Shown here: positions 38,102-48,195 of the stretch, in pieces
How the letters are laid out: the number at the start of each line of letters is the position of its first letter
Position numbering within the stretch: the stretch's first letter is position 1
Origin: Gammaproteobacteria bacterium
Lineage (GTDB): Bacteria; Pseudomonadota; Gammaproteobacteria; Burkholderiales; JAHFRG01
DNA: 64,000 nucleotides
Assembly: GCA_041495205.1 (NCBI GenBank)
Contig: JBGQCF010000004.1
Coordinates: forward strand, 22,118 to 86,117
Direction: 5' to 3'
Program-made: the position numbers and the translations under genes
The notes under the pieces: generated by a model
Databases searched by the model: none
Seen by the model: the letters and a program-made list of their open reading frames with translations, nothing else
Told to the model about the DNA's origin: nothing

Positions 38102-39130
38102 ATGTCTTTTCAAGTCACCATCAAGCCAAGCGATCACGTATTTTCCGTCGAGTCCGGCGAAAGGGTGCTTGAAGCCGCGCTGCGCCAAGGCTTTGGCCTG
38201 TCGTACGGCTGCCGCAACGGCGCCTGCGGTACGTGCAAGGGCAAAATCCTCGAAGGCAAGGTGGATTACGGCGTCTATCAGGAAAGCGCGCTCAGCGAAG
38301 CGGAAAAACTTGCCGGCATGGCGCTCTTTTGCCAGGCCAAGCCGCAAACCGATTTGGTTATCGAAGCGCGAGAAATCAATGCAGTCAAGGATATTCAAAT
38401 CAGGAAACTGCCGTGCCGCGTGCAGAAAATGGAACGGCCTGCTGACGATGTGATGGTGCTTTATCTCAAACTTCCCGCCAATGAACGCTTGCAGTTCCTC
38501 GCCGGCCAGTACATTGACATCCTCATGAAAGAGGGCAAGCGCCGCAGTTTCTCGATGGCAAACCCGCCGCACGACGACGAGTGTTTGCAACTGCACGTCC
38601 GCAATATCGTGGGCGGGGCGTTCACCGATTACGTGTTCAACAAAATAAAAGACCGCGATATCTTGCGCTTCGAAGGGCCCCTCGGCACTTTTTTCCTGCG
38701 CGAGGATTCCGACAAGCCGATTATCTTCGTCGCCAGCGGCACCGGCTTCGCGCCCATCAAGGGCATCATCGAGCACGCCTTCTACAAAGAAAGCCGGCGT
38801 GAAATGATCTTGTACTGGGGAGCGCGCAAGCTCGCCGACTTATACATGCAGCAATTGCCGCAGCAATGGCAGCGGGAGCACGATAATTTCAGATTTATCC
38901 CGGTGCTCTCCGAAGCGCTGCCCGAAGACCGCTGGCAGGGACGCAGCGGCTTGGTGCATCAGGCGGTGATGGATGATTTTGCGGATTTGAGCGGCTTTCA
39001 AGTTTACGCCTGCGGCGCGCCGGTGATGGTGGAAGCAGCGCGCCGCGATTTCACCGCCATGCGCAAGCTCTCCCTGGAAGAGTTCTACTCCGACTCGTTT
39101 ACCTTCTCCAACGATCCCAAGACAGCTTAA
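38102..39130 (+). CDS. 2Fe-2S ferredoxin / FNR-family flavin oxidoreductase (CDP-6-deoxy-delta-3,4-glucoseen reductase-like)
   Basis: N-terminal plant-type ferredoxin motif (CRNGACGTCKGK), an FAD-binding RSFSMAN motif and an NAD-binding GTGFAP motif. Confidence 0.8.
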   Translation: MSFQVTIKPSDHVFSVESGERVLEAALRQGFGLSYGCRNGACGTCKGKILEGKVDYGVYQESALSEAEKLAGMALFCQAKPQTDLVIEAREINAVKDIQIRKLPCRVQKMERPADDVMVLYLKLPANERLQFLAGQYIDILMKEGKRRSFSMANPPHDDECLQLHVRNIVGGAFTDYVFNKIKDRDILRFEGPLGTFFLREDSDKPIIFVASGTGFAPIKGIIEHAFYKESRREMILYWGARKLADLYMQQLPQQWQREHDNFRFIPVLSEALPEDRWQGRSGLVHQAVMDDFADLSGFQVYACGAPVMVEAARRDFTAMRKLSLEEFYSDSFTFSNDPKTA

Positions 39131-39170
39131 GGATCAGTCTTAAATCCCGGCGCACCGGCGGTTCAAAAAA

Positions 39171-40391
39171 TCAAAGTGCTGTCTTGCGCCTACCGCCCGT
39201 AATATCGCGCAATTGCCGCACAGCCAAATCGAGGCTTTTCCGGTAATGAACATCCGCCGCTTCGCTTTGGCCGATTTTTTCGTGCAGTTTCGCGAGTTCC
39301 CGATGCGCGGTAACCGTCGGCTCCACGCCGATGCTGGCTTCCAGATAGCTTTGCGCCTTGCCCCAGAGTCCTTGATGGGCGCACAGCCTGCCCAGGGTGA
39401 GCAGCAGGCAGGCGTCATCAGGATGATCCGGCAGCCACCTCTCTGCGCGCTGAATCTGCCTGAGGGTATCCCTTCCCAGGCATTCCGAGTATAGGCAGAT
39501 GAGATCGCTGTCCCATTGCGCATCCAAGCTCTGCTCGATGATTTCCTGGGCCATGCTGCAGCCGCCAAGTGAGATAAAGCAGCGCGCGGCAGTGTCGGCA
39601 ATCCTGCTCTGCTTTTTGTCTGCCGAGGGGATTTTCTGCCAGCACTCTTTAAGCGCGGTGGTGTCCATCGCCTGCCGCTTGAGATTTTCCTGCGTCGCGT
39701 AGAGCCGCAATTGCTGCGCCTGGCCGGCATCGAAAAATCCGCGCTTTTCCAGCTGTGCGACCAGATTCGGCACCTGTTCCCAGTTTTTCGTTCGCTGCCG
39801 CGCCTCGAGTTCCAGGCGCAGCGCCGCAACATGCTTTTTCGGATCACTTTCATGCAAAGCCTTCAGCACCGTGAGCGCCTCGTCGTAGCGATGCTGGTCG
39901 AGCAGCAATTCGGCCTGAGTCATCAGGCGCGCCGCTTTTTCTTCCGGTGCCAGTGTTTCCACCTTATCAAGGTAGGTATCGCGCTTGTCAAAATCTTTTA
40001 ACTCATGCGCGGAGCGCGCAGCCACAAGCGCGGAGAGCCCCGGTGATTCCCCCATTTCCAGGGCCGCAGCAGCGGCTTTTTCCGCCTTGCCGTAACGCCC
40101 TTCAAAGAACATCCGCAATCCCTCAAGCAGGCTGTTGCGCGCTTTTTCGCGGCGTCTGCGCTCGCGGTACTCGCGCACCTGCGACGGCAGGCGCAGCACG
40201 CGCACCAACAGTCGAACCAATACATAGGCGATAAAAAACCCGCCCAACAGCAGCAGCACCGCCAACTTGAGCGAGAGTTCGATGCGGTGAGTGGAATAGA
40301 CCAAGAGCACGTAGCCGTTGTCGAACCCGAACATCAGGGCCAAAGCTACCGCCAGGGCAAAAATCGCCACGGTCCAGAAGAAGAACTTCAC
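39171..40391 (-). CDS. hemY: HemY-like TPR membrane protein
   Basis: Two N-terminal TM helices plus TPR repeats, last gene of hemCDXY. The GTG at 40391 forms a GTGA overlap with the hemX stop; the longer ORF lies inside hemX. Confidence 0.8.
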   Translation of the reverse strand: MKFFFWTVAIFALAVALALMFGFDNGYVLLVYSTHRIELSLKLAVLLLLGGFFIAYVLVRLLVRVLRLPSQVREYRERRRREKARNSLLEGLRMFFEGRYGKAEKAAAAALEMGESPGLSALVAARSAHELKDFDKRDTYLDKVETLAPEEKAARLMTQAELLLDQHRYDEALTVLKALHESDPKKHVAALRLELEARQRTKNWEQVPNLVAQLEKRGFFDAGQAQQLRLYATQENLKRQAMDTTALKECWQKIPSADKKQSRIADTAARCFISLGGCSMAQEIIEQSLDAQWDSDLICLYSECLGRDTLRQIQRAERWLPDHPDDACLLLTLGRLCAHQGLWGKAQSYLEASIGVEPTVTAHRELAKLHEKIGQSEAADVHYRKSLDLAVRQLRDITGGRRKTAL

Positions 40392-41422
40392 TTTGCCGCC
40401 TTCTCGCGAACGAGCTTGAAGTTGCGCACCGCTTCCAGGCTCGCCGAGATGTCGGGAAGCTCGATGCTGATGCGGCTTTCCTGCAGCTGGCGCAAGCTGG
40501 CCAGCGAGACCTTGGTCGGCTCGGCGCTGTTGTCGTAATAGCGGGTGAGCCACTCCTGCACGGCGCTAAGGTCGGATTTGAAACTGGTCTCTTCATGCAA
40601 CAGCAAAGCGAGCCGCGCGCTTAACAAGCGCAGCTTGAGATTTTCACGCAGGAAAAACAATTGGTCCGGCGCAAGCAAGGGGACCTCGTGCTCCGCGGTG
40701 TTTTGAATGCGCACCAGCTGCTTGATGTCCTGCCACGCTTCGCGCGCCAGTCTCAGCCACGCGCTTGGCGCAGCTTCTTCGGTAGTAGCGGTGTTGTCCG
40801 CGGGCGGGCGGACCTCCATCGCCAGCGGCAGGCTGTCTACCCTGGTTATCAGGTTATCCAGTCGCACGCTGATCGCCACCGTATCCACGTACGGCACGGC
40901 CTTGAGACGCTCGATGTCCTTGTTGATGATTTTGCGCAGCGGAATGAGCTGCGGACGGTCGATGCGCTGCAAGCGCGCATCCGCGGTCTGCAGTGCAATC
41001 AGCGCAGCCTTGACGTTACCCGCCAGTTGCAGTTGCTGGCTCGCGGCGTTGAGCAGCTGCTCCACTTCCGCCAGCGCCCACTCGTCGCGGTTTCGGGAAA
41101 GTTCCTGATACAAGGTTTGCAGCGCTACCTGCTGGCTTTGCGATTCCGCGAGCTTATTTTCGAGAACACCGAGTTTCACTTGCGCTTCGCGCACCGCTTC
41201 CTGCGTGTCTTTGACGATAGCGCGGTTTTCCCTGACCGTGTTGTCGGCTTCTGCCAGGCGCGTGCCGAGTTCCTGCTGCAAAGCGCTGAACTGGCTGCGG
41301 GTATCAAACCACTGCCACGCCAGTAAAACCGCCACGGCCAGCGCGATCAAAAGCGCCAGGTTGAACCGCTTCTCCGGCTTGGCGGGTGCACCGGGTGTCT
41401 CAACTTGCGATTTATCCGTCAT
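40388..41422 (-). CDS. hemX: HemX-like membrane protein (uroporphyrinogen-III C-methyltransferase-annotated family)
   Basis: 344 aa with one TM helix and a coiled-coil-rich periplasmic part, positioned between hemD and hemY. Confidence 0.8.
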   Translation of the reverse strand: MTDKSQVETPGAPAKPEKRFNLALLIALAVAVLLAWQWFDTRSQFSALQQELGTRLAEADNTVRENRAIVKDTQEAVREAQVKLGVLENKLAESQSQQVALQTLYQELSRNRDEWALAEVEQLLNAASQQLQLAGNVKAALIALQTADARLQRIDRPQLIPLRKIINKDIERLKAVPYVDTVAISVRLDNLITRVDSLPLAMEVRPPADNTATTEEAAPSAWLRLAREAWQDIKQLVRIQNTAEHEVPLLAPDQLFFLRENLKLRLLSARLALLLHEETSFKSDLSAVQEWLTRYYDNSAEPTKVSLASLRQLQESRISIELPDISASLEAVRNFKLVREKAAK

Positions 41423-41428
41423 GGCCGA

Positions 41429-42241
41429 CTATCCTGCTTTTGCCCCAAACCAATCAATCAAACCTTTGACCAGGCCCGCGTCTCCGCCTGCGGTCACCAC
41501 CGCATTGGCCAGCCCCAGCTCGCGCGCCGCCTCGGCAATGCGCGGGTGCGGCACAAACAGCGGGATTTTTTTGAGCAGCTCCCGCCCTGTCTCGCCCATC
41601 ATCTCGTACAAATTGCGCAGTCCTTCGCTGCTGCTCACCGTAATGGCGTGCAATTTTTTCTCCGCCCACAGCCGCTCAAGCGGCGCCGGGTCGGCATCGG
41701 GTTTTGCGCGCCGGTAACATTCCACCTGTTCGACGCGCGCGCCGCGCTTGGCCAGCATTTCGCCAAGCAATTCGCGCCCGCCCTGGCCGCGGAAAATCAC
41801 GATGCGCTTGTCTGCCACATCGCGCAACTCCGGAAGTTCGAGCAGTGCTTCGCTGTCAAAGCGCGCAGCCGGGTAAATCACTTCCTTCACGCCGAAACGC
41901 TGCAATGCTTTGCGGCTGCCTGAGCCGATCGCTGCGAACTTGAGCGTATCCGGCAAACTGCGGCGCGCGACAATCTCGCTCATCGCCTTCTCCGCAGCGT
42001 TGGCGCTTATGAAAATCGCCAGGTCGAATTGCCCGAGGCGGCCGATCAATTGTTGGAGCGGGCGCGGATCATCAGCCTCAAGAATTTCAAGCGCCGGAAA
42101 CAGGATAGCGCAGCCTCCCTCGGCGCGGATTAAATCGGCAAGTTCCTGGGCCTGCTTCTCTGGACGCGTCACCACGATATTGCAGCCGCTCAACGCGCGC
42201 TTTCGCGCCGCAGAAGAAACCTTGGGTCTGGTTTCCATCAT
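41429..42241 (-). CDS. hemD: uroporphyrinogen-III synthase
   Basis: 270-aa HEM4-like protein ([16 protein letters not shown]), overlapping the hemC stop. Confidence 0.85.
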   Translation of the reverse strand: MMETRPKVSSAARKRALSGCNIVVTRPEKQAQELADLIRAEGGCAILFPALEILEADDPRPLQQLIGRLGQFDLAIFISANAAEKAMSEIVARRSLPDTLKFAAIGSGSRKALQRFGVKEVIYPAARFDSEALLELPELRDVADKRIVIFRGQGGRELLGEMLAKRGARVEQVECYRRAKPDADPAPLERLWAEKKLHAITVSSSEGLRNLYEMMGETGRELLKKIPLFVPHPRIAEAARELGLANAVVTAGGDAGLVKGLIDWFGAKAG

Positions 42242-43194
42242 GCGCCTTGCGACTCCAGCTGGGCGAGTATCTTGTCTGCGCCTTTGGCTTTCAACCCTTT
42301 TGCCAATGCTTCACCTAATGCCTCTGCCTTTTCCGCGTTGCCTCGCGCTTCGGCGCTCACCAAGCGGCTGCCGTCCGGCGTCGCAACAAAGCCGCGCAAA
42401 CGTATCTCATCGCCTTGCATCTGTGCATAGCCGCCCAGCGGCACCTGGCAACTGCCTCCCAGCGCGCGGCTCATGGCGCGCTCCGCCGTAACGCAAAGCG
42501 CGGTCTCGCGGTGGTTCAACGGCTGCAAAAGTTGCAACAGGTCGTCACGCTTGCTTAAGCATTCGATTCCCAGCGCGCCTTGACCCACCGCGGGCAGGCT
42601 TTGCTCGGGGCTCAACAACGCGGTGATGCGTCCTTCCAGTCCCAGCCGTTTCAGGCCGGCGGCCGCCAGTATGATTGCGGCATATAGCCCCTGGTCGAGC
42701 TTTTTCAGGCGGGTTCCCACATTGCCGCGCAGCGAATCCACCTTGAGGTGTGGAAAGCGCGCGCGCAGCTGGCTCTCCCTGCGCAGGCTGGAAGTTCCCA
42801 CCACGCTACCCTCAGGCAACGCTTCCAGGCCCGGATAGCGGTTTGACACAAACGCGTCGCGCGCATCTTCGCGCTCGGTAACCGCAGCCAGCGTAAACTT
42901 GGACGGCAAATGCATCGGCACATCTTTCATCGAATGCACCGCGATGTCCGCGGTGCCCTGCTGCAGCGCCTGTTCCAATTCCTTGACGAACAGGCCCTTG
43001 CCGCCGATTTTGGCGAGCGGAGTGTCCAGCAAGCGGTCACCCTCGGTCGTCATGCCGAATATACTGACCTGGAGGTGCGGGTACAGCGCGTTGAGTTTGC
43101 CCTGGATAAATCGCGCCTGCCATAGCGCGAGCGCGCTTTCGCGCGAAGCAATGACGATTTTGGCAGGCGCTGCTCTAGGCGAAGATTTGCTCAA
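42238..43194 (-). CDS. hemC: hydroxymethylbilane synthase (porphobilinogen deaminase)
   Basis: 318 aa with [21 protein letters not shown] and the cofactor-Cys region (GGSCQVPLG). Confidence 0.93.
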   Translation of the reverse strand: MSKSSPRAAPAKIVIASRESALALWQARFIQGKLNALYPHLQVSIFGMTTEGDRLLDTPLAKIGGKGLFVKELEQALQQGTADIAVHSMKDVPMHLPSKFTLAAVTEREDARDAFVSNRYPGLEALPEGSVVGTSSLRRESQLRARFPHLKVDSLRGNVGTRLKKLDQGLYAAIILAAAGLKRLGLEGRITALLSPEQSLPAVGQGALGIECLSKRDDLLQLLQPLNHRETALCVTAERAMSRALGGSCQVPLGGYAQMQGDEIRLRGFVATPDGSRLVSAEARGNAEKAEALGEALAKGLKAKGADKILAQLESQGA

Positions 43195-43303
43195 AATATT
43201 TTCCGGCCGGTCGCGCGCATCACATACCTGTTTTTCACGTTTATTTTAGCACGGACGCTCGCGCGCCGGAGTGCTGTGCCAGCCGGGTTTAACGGATGGC
43301 TTT

Positions 43304-44059
43304 TCACTTGGCGAATTCTTTGACAAGATACTGCAGGCGGCGGCTAAGCGGCAGTTTTTCTTCCACCCCCTTGAGCACCACTTCCCAGTGCGCTTCCCCA
43401 CCTTCTTCGGCCATTTTTTCAAAACCGGTGATGCTAGCCTTCGCCACCAGGCAGTTGCGGTGAATGCGGATAAAGCCGTCCATGAATTCCTGCTCCAGAT
43501 TGGTTAAAGATTCTTCCAGCAGGTACTCGCGTTCAAGCGTGCGTATCGTCACGTATTTCAGCTCCGCCTTGAGATATATGACCTCGCTTACGGGAATCAG
43601 CACGATTTTTCCGCGCTCTTGCACGCTCAGGCAGGTGCGTGGCCGCTGTGCAAGTTTTTGCAGTTGCACGGGCCCCGGCGGACGATTTTGCCGTGCTTTT
43701 TGCAGAGCGCCCAGCAGGCGCTCCGCGCGCACCGGCTTCAGCAGATAATCCATTGCGTTCACTTCAAAGGCCTGAATCGCGTAAACATCATATGCGGTGA
43801 TAAAGATGACAGCGGGCATTTGCTCCAGGCTTAACAGATGACGCGCCACTTCGATGCCGTCCATTTCCGGCATGCGGATATCGAGCAACAGAAGGTCCGC
43901 AGGTTGGCGCGACATCAAATCCAGCGCTTCACGCCCGCTTGCCGCTTCGCCGACCATTTCGTGCGGAAAGCTCGCTGCGCAATCGGCGAGCAGCTCTTTA
44001 AGCCGGTTGCGTGCCGGTGCTTCGTCATCAATGATCATGATGCGCATGGGACTGGTCAT
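43304..44059 (-). CDS. LytTR-family response regulator (AlgR-like)
   Basis: Receiver domain (IMIIDDEAPAR...DLLLLDIRMPEMDG) plus a C-terminal LytTR DNA-binding domain. Same position as algR upstream of hemC in Pseudomonas. Confidence 0.85.
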   Translation of the reverse strand: MTSPMRIMIIDDEAPARNRLKELLADCAASFPHEMVGEAASGREALDLMSRQPADLLLLDIRMPEMDGIEVARHLLSLEQMPAVIFITAYDVYAIQAFEVNAMDYLLKPVRAERLLGALQKARQNRPPGPVQLQKLAQRPRTCLSVQERGKIVLIPVSEVIYLKAELKYVTIRTLEREYLLEESLTNLEQEFMDGFIRIHRNCLVAKASITGFEKMAEEGGEAHWEVVLKGVEEKLPLSRRLQYLVKEFAK

Positions 44060-45069
44060 GTTTCTGACGGCAGATAAGGAATGATGATATGCACCTGGTA
44101 TAAATCGTCGCGTACCGTGGCGGTAAGGCTTGCCTCCACGTCAAAATGCAGGCTCAAGCGCTCGCGGATATTTTCCATCGCCATTTTGTTGCCGGCATGA
44201 TGCACTGCGTCAGGCTGGTAGGGGTTACGCAACAGGGCGTGCACCTGGTCATTTCTGAGATATATATCAATATAGATGACGCCGGATTCGGTGCGCGGCT
44301 CGATGCCGTGATACACCGCATTCTCCAAAAGCGGCTGCAACACCAGCGGCGGAATCTGGGCGTCATGCGGCATGTTGTCAATATGCCACTCCACCTGAAG
44401 CCGCTTCCCGAGGCGTAATTGTTCAAGGTTGAGATAACGCCGGCATAAATCCACTTCCTGTTGCAAAGTTGAGAGCTGACGGTTGTCCGCCATCAAAACC
44501 CTGAACAAATCCGAAAGATCCTCCAGCGCGACCTCGGCGCGTTTGGTATCGCTGCGAATCAGGCTCAGCACGGCATTGATGCTGTTGAACAGAAAATGGG
44601 GGCGGATGCGCGCCTGCAGGGCCTGCAACCGGGCCTCGGCAAGCGCCGGCGAAAGCAAACGGCTGCGCATGTTGAAATAGACAAGCAGTACTGCCGTCAT
44701 CAATAGGCTAAAAAACCAATGGCGTTCCAGTGAACCGATCCCGCCATCAAAAAAGCCGGCGCCCAATTGGTAAACCAGGGTGGTCAGCGCCAACTCAAGC
44801 AGCAACACAACACCCGCTCCCAGGTAAAACCGCAGCTTGCCAAGCCAGGGATTGGCCAGCATCAGCACCAGGAGGCTCAATATCAGGATCGGCTCAACCA
44901 GCGCTGCGATGGTGGTGAACTCCTGTAATGCCTGCTGAAATGAGGTACTTTTCAGCGCCGCCGCAACCAGGCACATGCCGTTTACCAACAGCAAAATACG
45001 CAGCAGTATGCCGAGGTTGCGGAAGTTCGGCAGAGCGCCTGGATATGCGTTTTGATTTATACTTGGCAT
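44056..45069 (-). CDS. LytS/AlgZ(FimS)-type sensor histidine kinase
   Basis: Multi-TM N-terminus, a His_kinase motif (RIRPHFLFNSINAV) and an ATPase domain. Overlaps its response regulator by 4 nt. Confidence 0.85.
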   Translation of the reverse strand: MPSINQNAYPGALPNFRNLGILLRILLLVNGMCLVAAALKSTSFQQALQEFTTIAALVEPILILSLLVLMLANPWLGKLRFYLGAGVVLLLELALTTLVYQLGAGFFDGGIGSLERHWFFSLLMTAVLLVYFNMRSRLLSPALAEARLQALQARIRPHFLFNSINAVLSLIRSDTKRAEVALEDLSDLFRVLMADNRQLSTLQQEVDLCRRYLNLEQLRLGKRLQVEWHIDNMPHDAQIPPLVLQPLLENAVYHGIEPRTESGVIYIDIYLRNDQVHALLRNPYQPDAVHHAGNKMAMENIRERLSLHFDVEASLTATVRDDLYQVHIIIPYLPSET

Positions 45070-45144
45070 CTTTACGTTCTAGGTTGCGGTTAATCCCTGT
45101 TGTTAAGGGTTACATACGGCACTATTCTTGACAAGCTAGCACTC

Positions 45145-46542
45145 ATGACAAAAAAATCCAAATCCGGCAGCTCCAAACACCGGTCGGGAAGATTCAAAGA
45201 ACCGGTAACGGAGCTCACAAAACGCTATACCGCGTCTGTTGATTTCGACAAGCGGCTTGCGCCCTACGACATGCGGGCTTCGGCCGCGCATGCGCGCATG
45301 CTCAATGCCGTCGGCATCCTGAGCGCGAATGACCTCGCTGCAATTCAACATGGAATGAAGCAAATCAGCGGCGAAATCGCCTCCGGCAAATTCCTCTGGC
45401 GACTGGAGCTCGAAGACGTGCACATGAACATCGAAAACCGGCTCATCGCTTTGATTGGCGATGCCGGCAAGCGGCTGCATACCGCGCGCTCGAGAAACGA
45501 TCAGGTGGCAACCGATGTGCGGCTCTATTTGCGCGCTGCAGTTGACGACATTGCGAAGCTCATTAAAGCCGCGCAACGCGCCTTGCTCGATCTCGCCGAA
45601 AAACACGCCGCGACCGTGATGCCGGGATTTACGCACATGCAAGTCGCGCAGCCGGTCACTTTCGGCCACCATCTTCTGGCATATTTCGAAATGCTGAAGC
45701 GCGACAACGAACGGCTGGCCGATTGCCGCAAGCGGGTGAATCAATTGCCGTTGGGCAGCGCGGCGCTCGCCGGCACCAGTTACCCCATAGACCGGATGCG
45801 GGTGGCGAAGGAATTGGGTTTTGACGGAGTGTGCGAAAACTCGCTGGATGCGGTTTCCGATCGCGATTTCGCGATTGAGTTCACCGCCTGCGCGGCGCTC
45901 ATCATGACGCATCTGTCGCGCTTTTCCGAAGAGCTCATTCTGTGGATGAGCCCGGGATTCGGTTTCGTCGAGCTCGCCGACCGCTTTTGCACCGGCTCAT
46001 CCATCATGCCGCAGAAAAAAAATCCGGATGTGCCTGAACTCCTGCGCGGCAAGACCGGCAGGGTCAACGGCCACCTTGTGGCGCTACTCACCCTGATGAA
46101 AGCGCAGCCGCTCGCTTACAACAAGGACAACCAGGAAGACAAGGAGCCGCTGTTCGACACGGTGGACACCCTGGTGAACAGCCTGAGGATTTTCGCCGAG
46201 ATGATTCCGGGAATCAAAGTCAAGCGCGAAGCAATGCGGAAGATCGCAACTCAAGGTTACGCTACCGCCACCGATCTTGCCGACTATCTGGCGAAGAAGG
46301 GATTTCCATTCCGCGATGCTCATGAAGCGGTAGCGAAAGCGGTACGCTTTGCCGTCAAGCGCGGCTGCGATTTGAGCGAGCTGAAGCTCAACGAACTGCG
46401 TAAGTTTTCCAAGCTCATCGGCAAAGATGTTTATTCCGTGCTGACGCTGGAAGGCTCGGTGAACAGCCGCGACCATATCGGCGGCACGGCGCCAAAGCAG
46501 GTCAAAGCCGCGATTGCGCGTGCGCGCAAACAACTTGTTTAG
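45145..46542 (+). CDS. argH: argininosuccinate lyase
   Basis: Fumarate-lyase signature ([12 protein letters not shown]). ATG at 45145 preferred over the upstream alternative start. Confidence 0.93.
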   Translation: MTKKSKSGSSKHRSGRFKEPVTELTKRYTASVDFDKRLAPYDMRASAAHARMLNAVGILSANDLAAIQHGMKQISGEIASGKFLWRLELEDVHMNIENRLIALIGDAGKRLHTARSRNDQVATDVRLYLRAAVDDIAKLIKAAQRALLDLAEKHAATVMPGFTHMQVAQPVTFGHHLLAYFEMLKRDNERLADCRKRVNQLPLGSAALAGTSYPIDRMRVAKELGFDGVCENSLDAVSDRDFAIEFTACAALIMTHLSRFSEELILWMSPGFGFVELADRFCTGSSIMPQKKNPDVPELLRGKTGRVNGHLVALLTLMKAQPLAYNKDNQEDKEPLFDTVDTLVNSLRIFAEMIPGIKVKREAMRKIATQGYATATDLADYLAKKGFPFRDAHEAVAKAVRFAVKRGCDLSELKLNELRKFSKLIGKDVYSVLTLEGSVNSRDHIGGTAPKQVKAAIARARKQLV

Positions 46543-46599
46543 AAAATGCCGGGGGCGGCCCCGACCAGCGAAGCTGAATGCGAAACGCCTATCAACTTA

Positions 46600-46870
46600 T
46601 CCCCTCTCCCCTTGAGGGAGAGGGTGGAGCCTGTCCTGAGCCTGCCGAAGGAGTGAGGGGAAATTCAAATTCGCCGGTGGCAGACCGGTAGCTGGTAACT
46701 TTCTTTTGCGTCGCCAAAAGAAAGTCACTAAAGAAAAGGCGACCCCGGTTCGCCGACTTCCCCTGCGTTCCTTAGCCAAACCGGGCGCTGCGCAACTCGC
46801 GCTACGCGCTCAGACAGTGCTCGCTGAACTTCCCCCGTTTTGGCTTCGTCACTTGGCGGCTCACAGGGGA
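46600..46870. mobile_element. MITE-like element, copy B (271 bp)
   Basis: TCCCCT...AGGGGA termini flanked by TA on both sides (46598-99 and 46871-72). Inverted homologue of 2174-2455. Internal hairpins at 46601-46623 and 46695-46727. Confidence 0.65.
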
Positions 46871-47124
46871 TAACAAAAAACCTGAACTGCCGGAATACTT
46901 TTCTACTCTGCCCCCCAATTGTTTAAGCTGTTTACCCGAGACCTTGATTCCCATGTAGTATGACCAAATCATGTCAATTTGACGCAATTAATTACACTTT
47001 TTCGGGTGTCTATTTCTAGTCGGGCCATCGTCCAAGAGTTGGAGGTGAAACCTGAGGAAAACCGAGGGCGCTTGGCTCGCCATTTCTTGCGTGTCGGGAT
47101 GAGATGCGCAAAGGAGGAACTGTC

Positions 47125-47364
47125 ATGAAGCGTTGGATGGCGCGTATTTTGTGCGTGAGTGCAGTTGGATTAGGCTGTGTAGCGTGCAGCTCGCAGCCGG
47201 TATTTCTTCGAAACCCACAAACAGGAGCGACGGCTCAGTGCGGCCCGTATTTCAATTGGACCCCATTGCAGCCAGGACTCTCCGATGCCTACGCTAAGGA
47301 AAGGGGCTGCATCGCTGATTTTCAGCGGCTTGGCTATGAGCGAACTCCCGAGACAATTCGATGA
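47125..47364 (+). CDS. small lipoprotein (cassette 1 cargo)
   Basis: 79 aa from the ATG at 47125, preceded by an AAGGAGG RBS. Signal peptide with lipobox LGCVA-C. Confidence 0.55.
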   Translation: MKRWMARILCVSAVGLGCVACSSQPVFLRNPQTGATAQCGPYFNWTPLQPGLSDAYAKERGCIADFQRLGYERTPETIR

Positions 47365-47507
47365 AGGCCCCTGTGGAGGTGGCGACGCGGCCTAACGCCA
47401 GCCGTGGACCTGATGGTTCTCCCGACGTACCGTCCTGTAACAGTATCGAGAAAACCTGGGGCAGACTGGGATGAACCAGATTCATGGGCCGTGCTGGCCG
47501 AGTCCGG

Positions 47508-47588
47508 GCCTAACCACGGCGTGCAGCGGACCGTTCAACAGCGTCGCTCTCGCGCCGCTGTTGCCTGGCCGCTGACGCAAGGTTAGGG
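47508..47588 (+). repeat. attC-like recombination site 1 (81 nt)
   Basis: Inverse core GCCTAAC and core GTTAGGG. The inner arms GCGTGCAGCGG and CCGCTGACGC pair with one unpaired G, and a further CAACAGCG/CGCTGTTG pairing is present. Confidence 0.65.
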
Positions 47589-47640
47589 TGCATCCCGAGT
47601 ACACGCGGGTCTCATTTGCTTGGGTAGAGTGACTACTTAT

Positions 47641-48090
47641 ATGTCGACTGTCCGCGCCGCCGCTGTGCGCTTGGAGCGGTTGTGCCCGCTCATTCTCCTC
47701 ATCCTCATGGGTGGCTTGGTGCCGTTTACTGCATTTCCGTTAGACCCTGTTCCTTCCTACACAGCGGAAGAGTTGCGAGAGAATGCCCGTTCGTTCCTCA
47801 TGGTTCGAGAGAAGAAGCAACCTTTGACTGCTGAAGCGGCACTTCATGCCATGGAGTTCAAGGGTTACGTGGCGGGGATTCTGGATGCGGGTACCGGCTT
47901 GTATGATCCGAAGAACCCCGATGCCAAGCTGGCTGAGTGCGCTCGCCGAAAGTCCGTGGGCGACATCGCGCACCGTGTTGCCGTACTGATCACCACAGGG
48001 CCACTTGATCGCTCAATACCTGCCCCATGGCAGCTCGGCATCTCTCTCTATGCCGCGTGCGATGACGCCGCCTGGACGTCGCCAAAGTAG
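47641..48090 (+). CDS. secreted Rap1a/Tai4-like protein (cassette 2 cargo)
   Basis: Signal-peptide-like N-terminus. FKGYVAGILDA...LAEC...SVGDIAHRVAVLI...LYAAC resembles the Rap1a immunity-protein pattern. The start is ambiguous (TTG 47620, ATG 47641 or ATG 47707). Confidence 0.45.
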   Translation: MSTVRAAAVRLERLCPLILLILMGGLVPFTAFPLDPVPSYTAEELRENARSFLMVREKKQPLTAEAALHAMEFKGYVAGILDAGTGLYDPKNPDAKLAECARRKSVGDIAHRVAVLITTGPLDRSIPAPWQLGISLYAACDDAAWTSPK

Positions 48091-48117
48091 TGGTTATCTG
48101 TGCGGGCTGTTCGTGCA

Positions 48118-48195
48118 GCCTAACCGCACGATCGACCGGACATGCCAGCGGACTTGCGCCCGCCGGCAAACGGCCGGTCATCGTGAACGTTAGAT
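48118..48195 (+). repeat. attC-like recombination site 2 (78 nt)
   Basis: Inverse core GCCTAAC and core GTTAGAT, a perfect GTTRRRY. The arms CACGATCGACCGG and CCGGTCATCGTG pair with one unpaired C. The core overlaps the next ORF's ATG (GTTAGATG). Confidence 0.7.

Noticed and set aside
37764-38172. ORFs of 86-102 aa inside the 37.8-kb MITE (37764-38072, 37830-38090 and 37867-38172).
   Set aside because: They lie within a palindromic repeat, overlap each other on both strands, are Arg/Ala-rich, and lack an RBS. The same applies to the ORFs within the other repeat copies: 2134-2349, 46597-46779, 58185-58469, 58210-58476 and 58263-58676.
39140-39853. 237-aa ORF on the minus strand overlapping hemY in another frame.
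   Set aside because: The hemY frame gives coherent TPR and TM architecture. This alternative frame is extremely Arg/Ser/Trp-rich and has no independent start context.
46802-46987. 61-aa minus-strand ORF next to the cassette array.
   Set aside because: Its 3' half lies inside the MITE at 46600-46870. It has no RBS or recognisable motif.
47404-47586. 60-aa ORF between cassette 1 and cassette 2.
   Set aside because: It runs through the palindromic attC-like sequence and ends at the core site. It has no RBS and is best explained as a by-product of attC structure.
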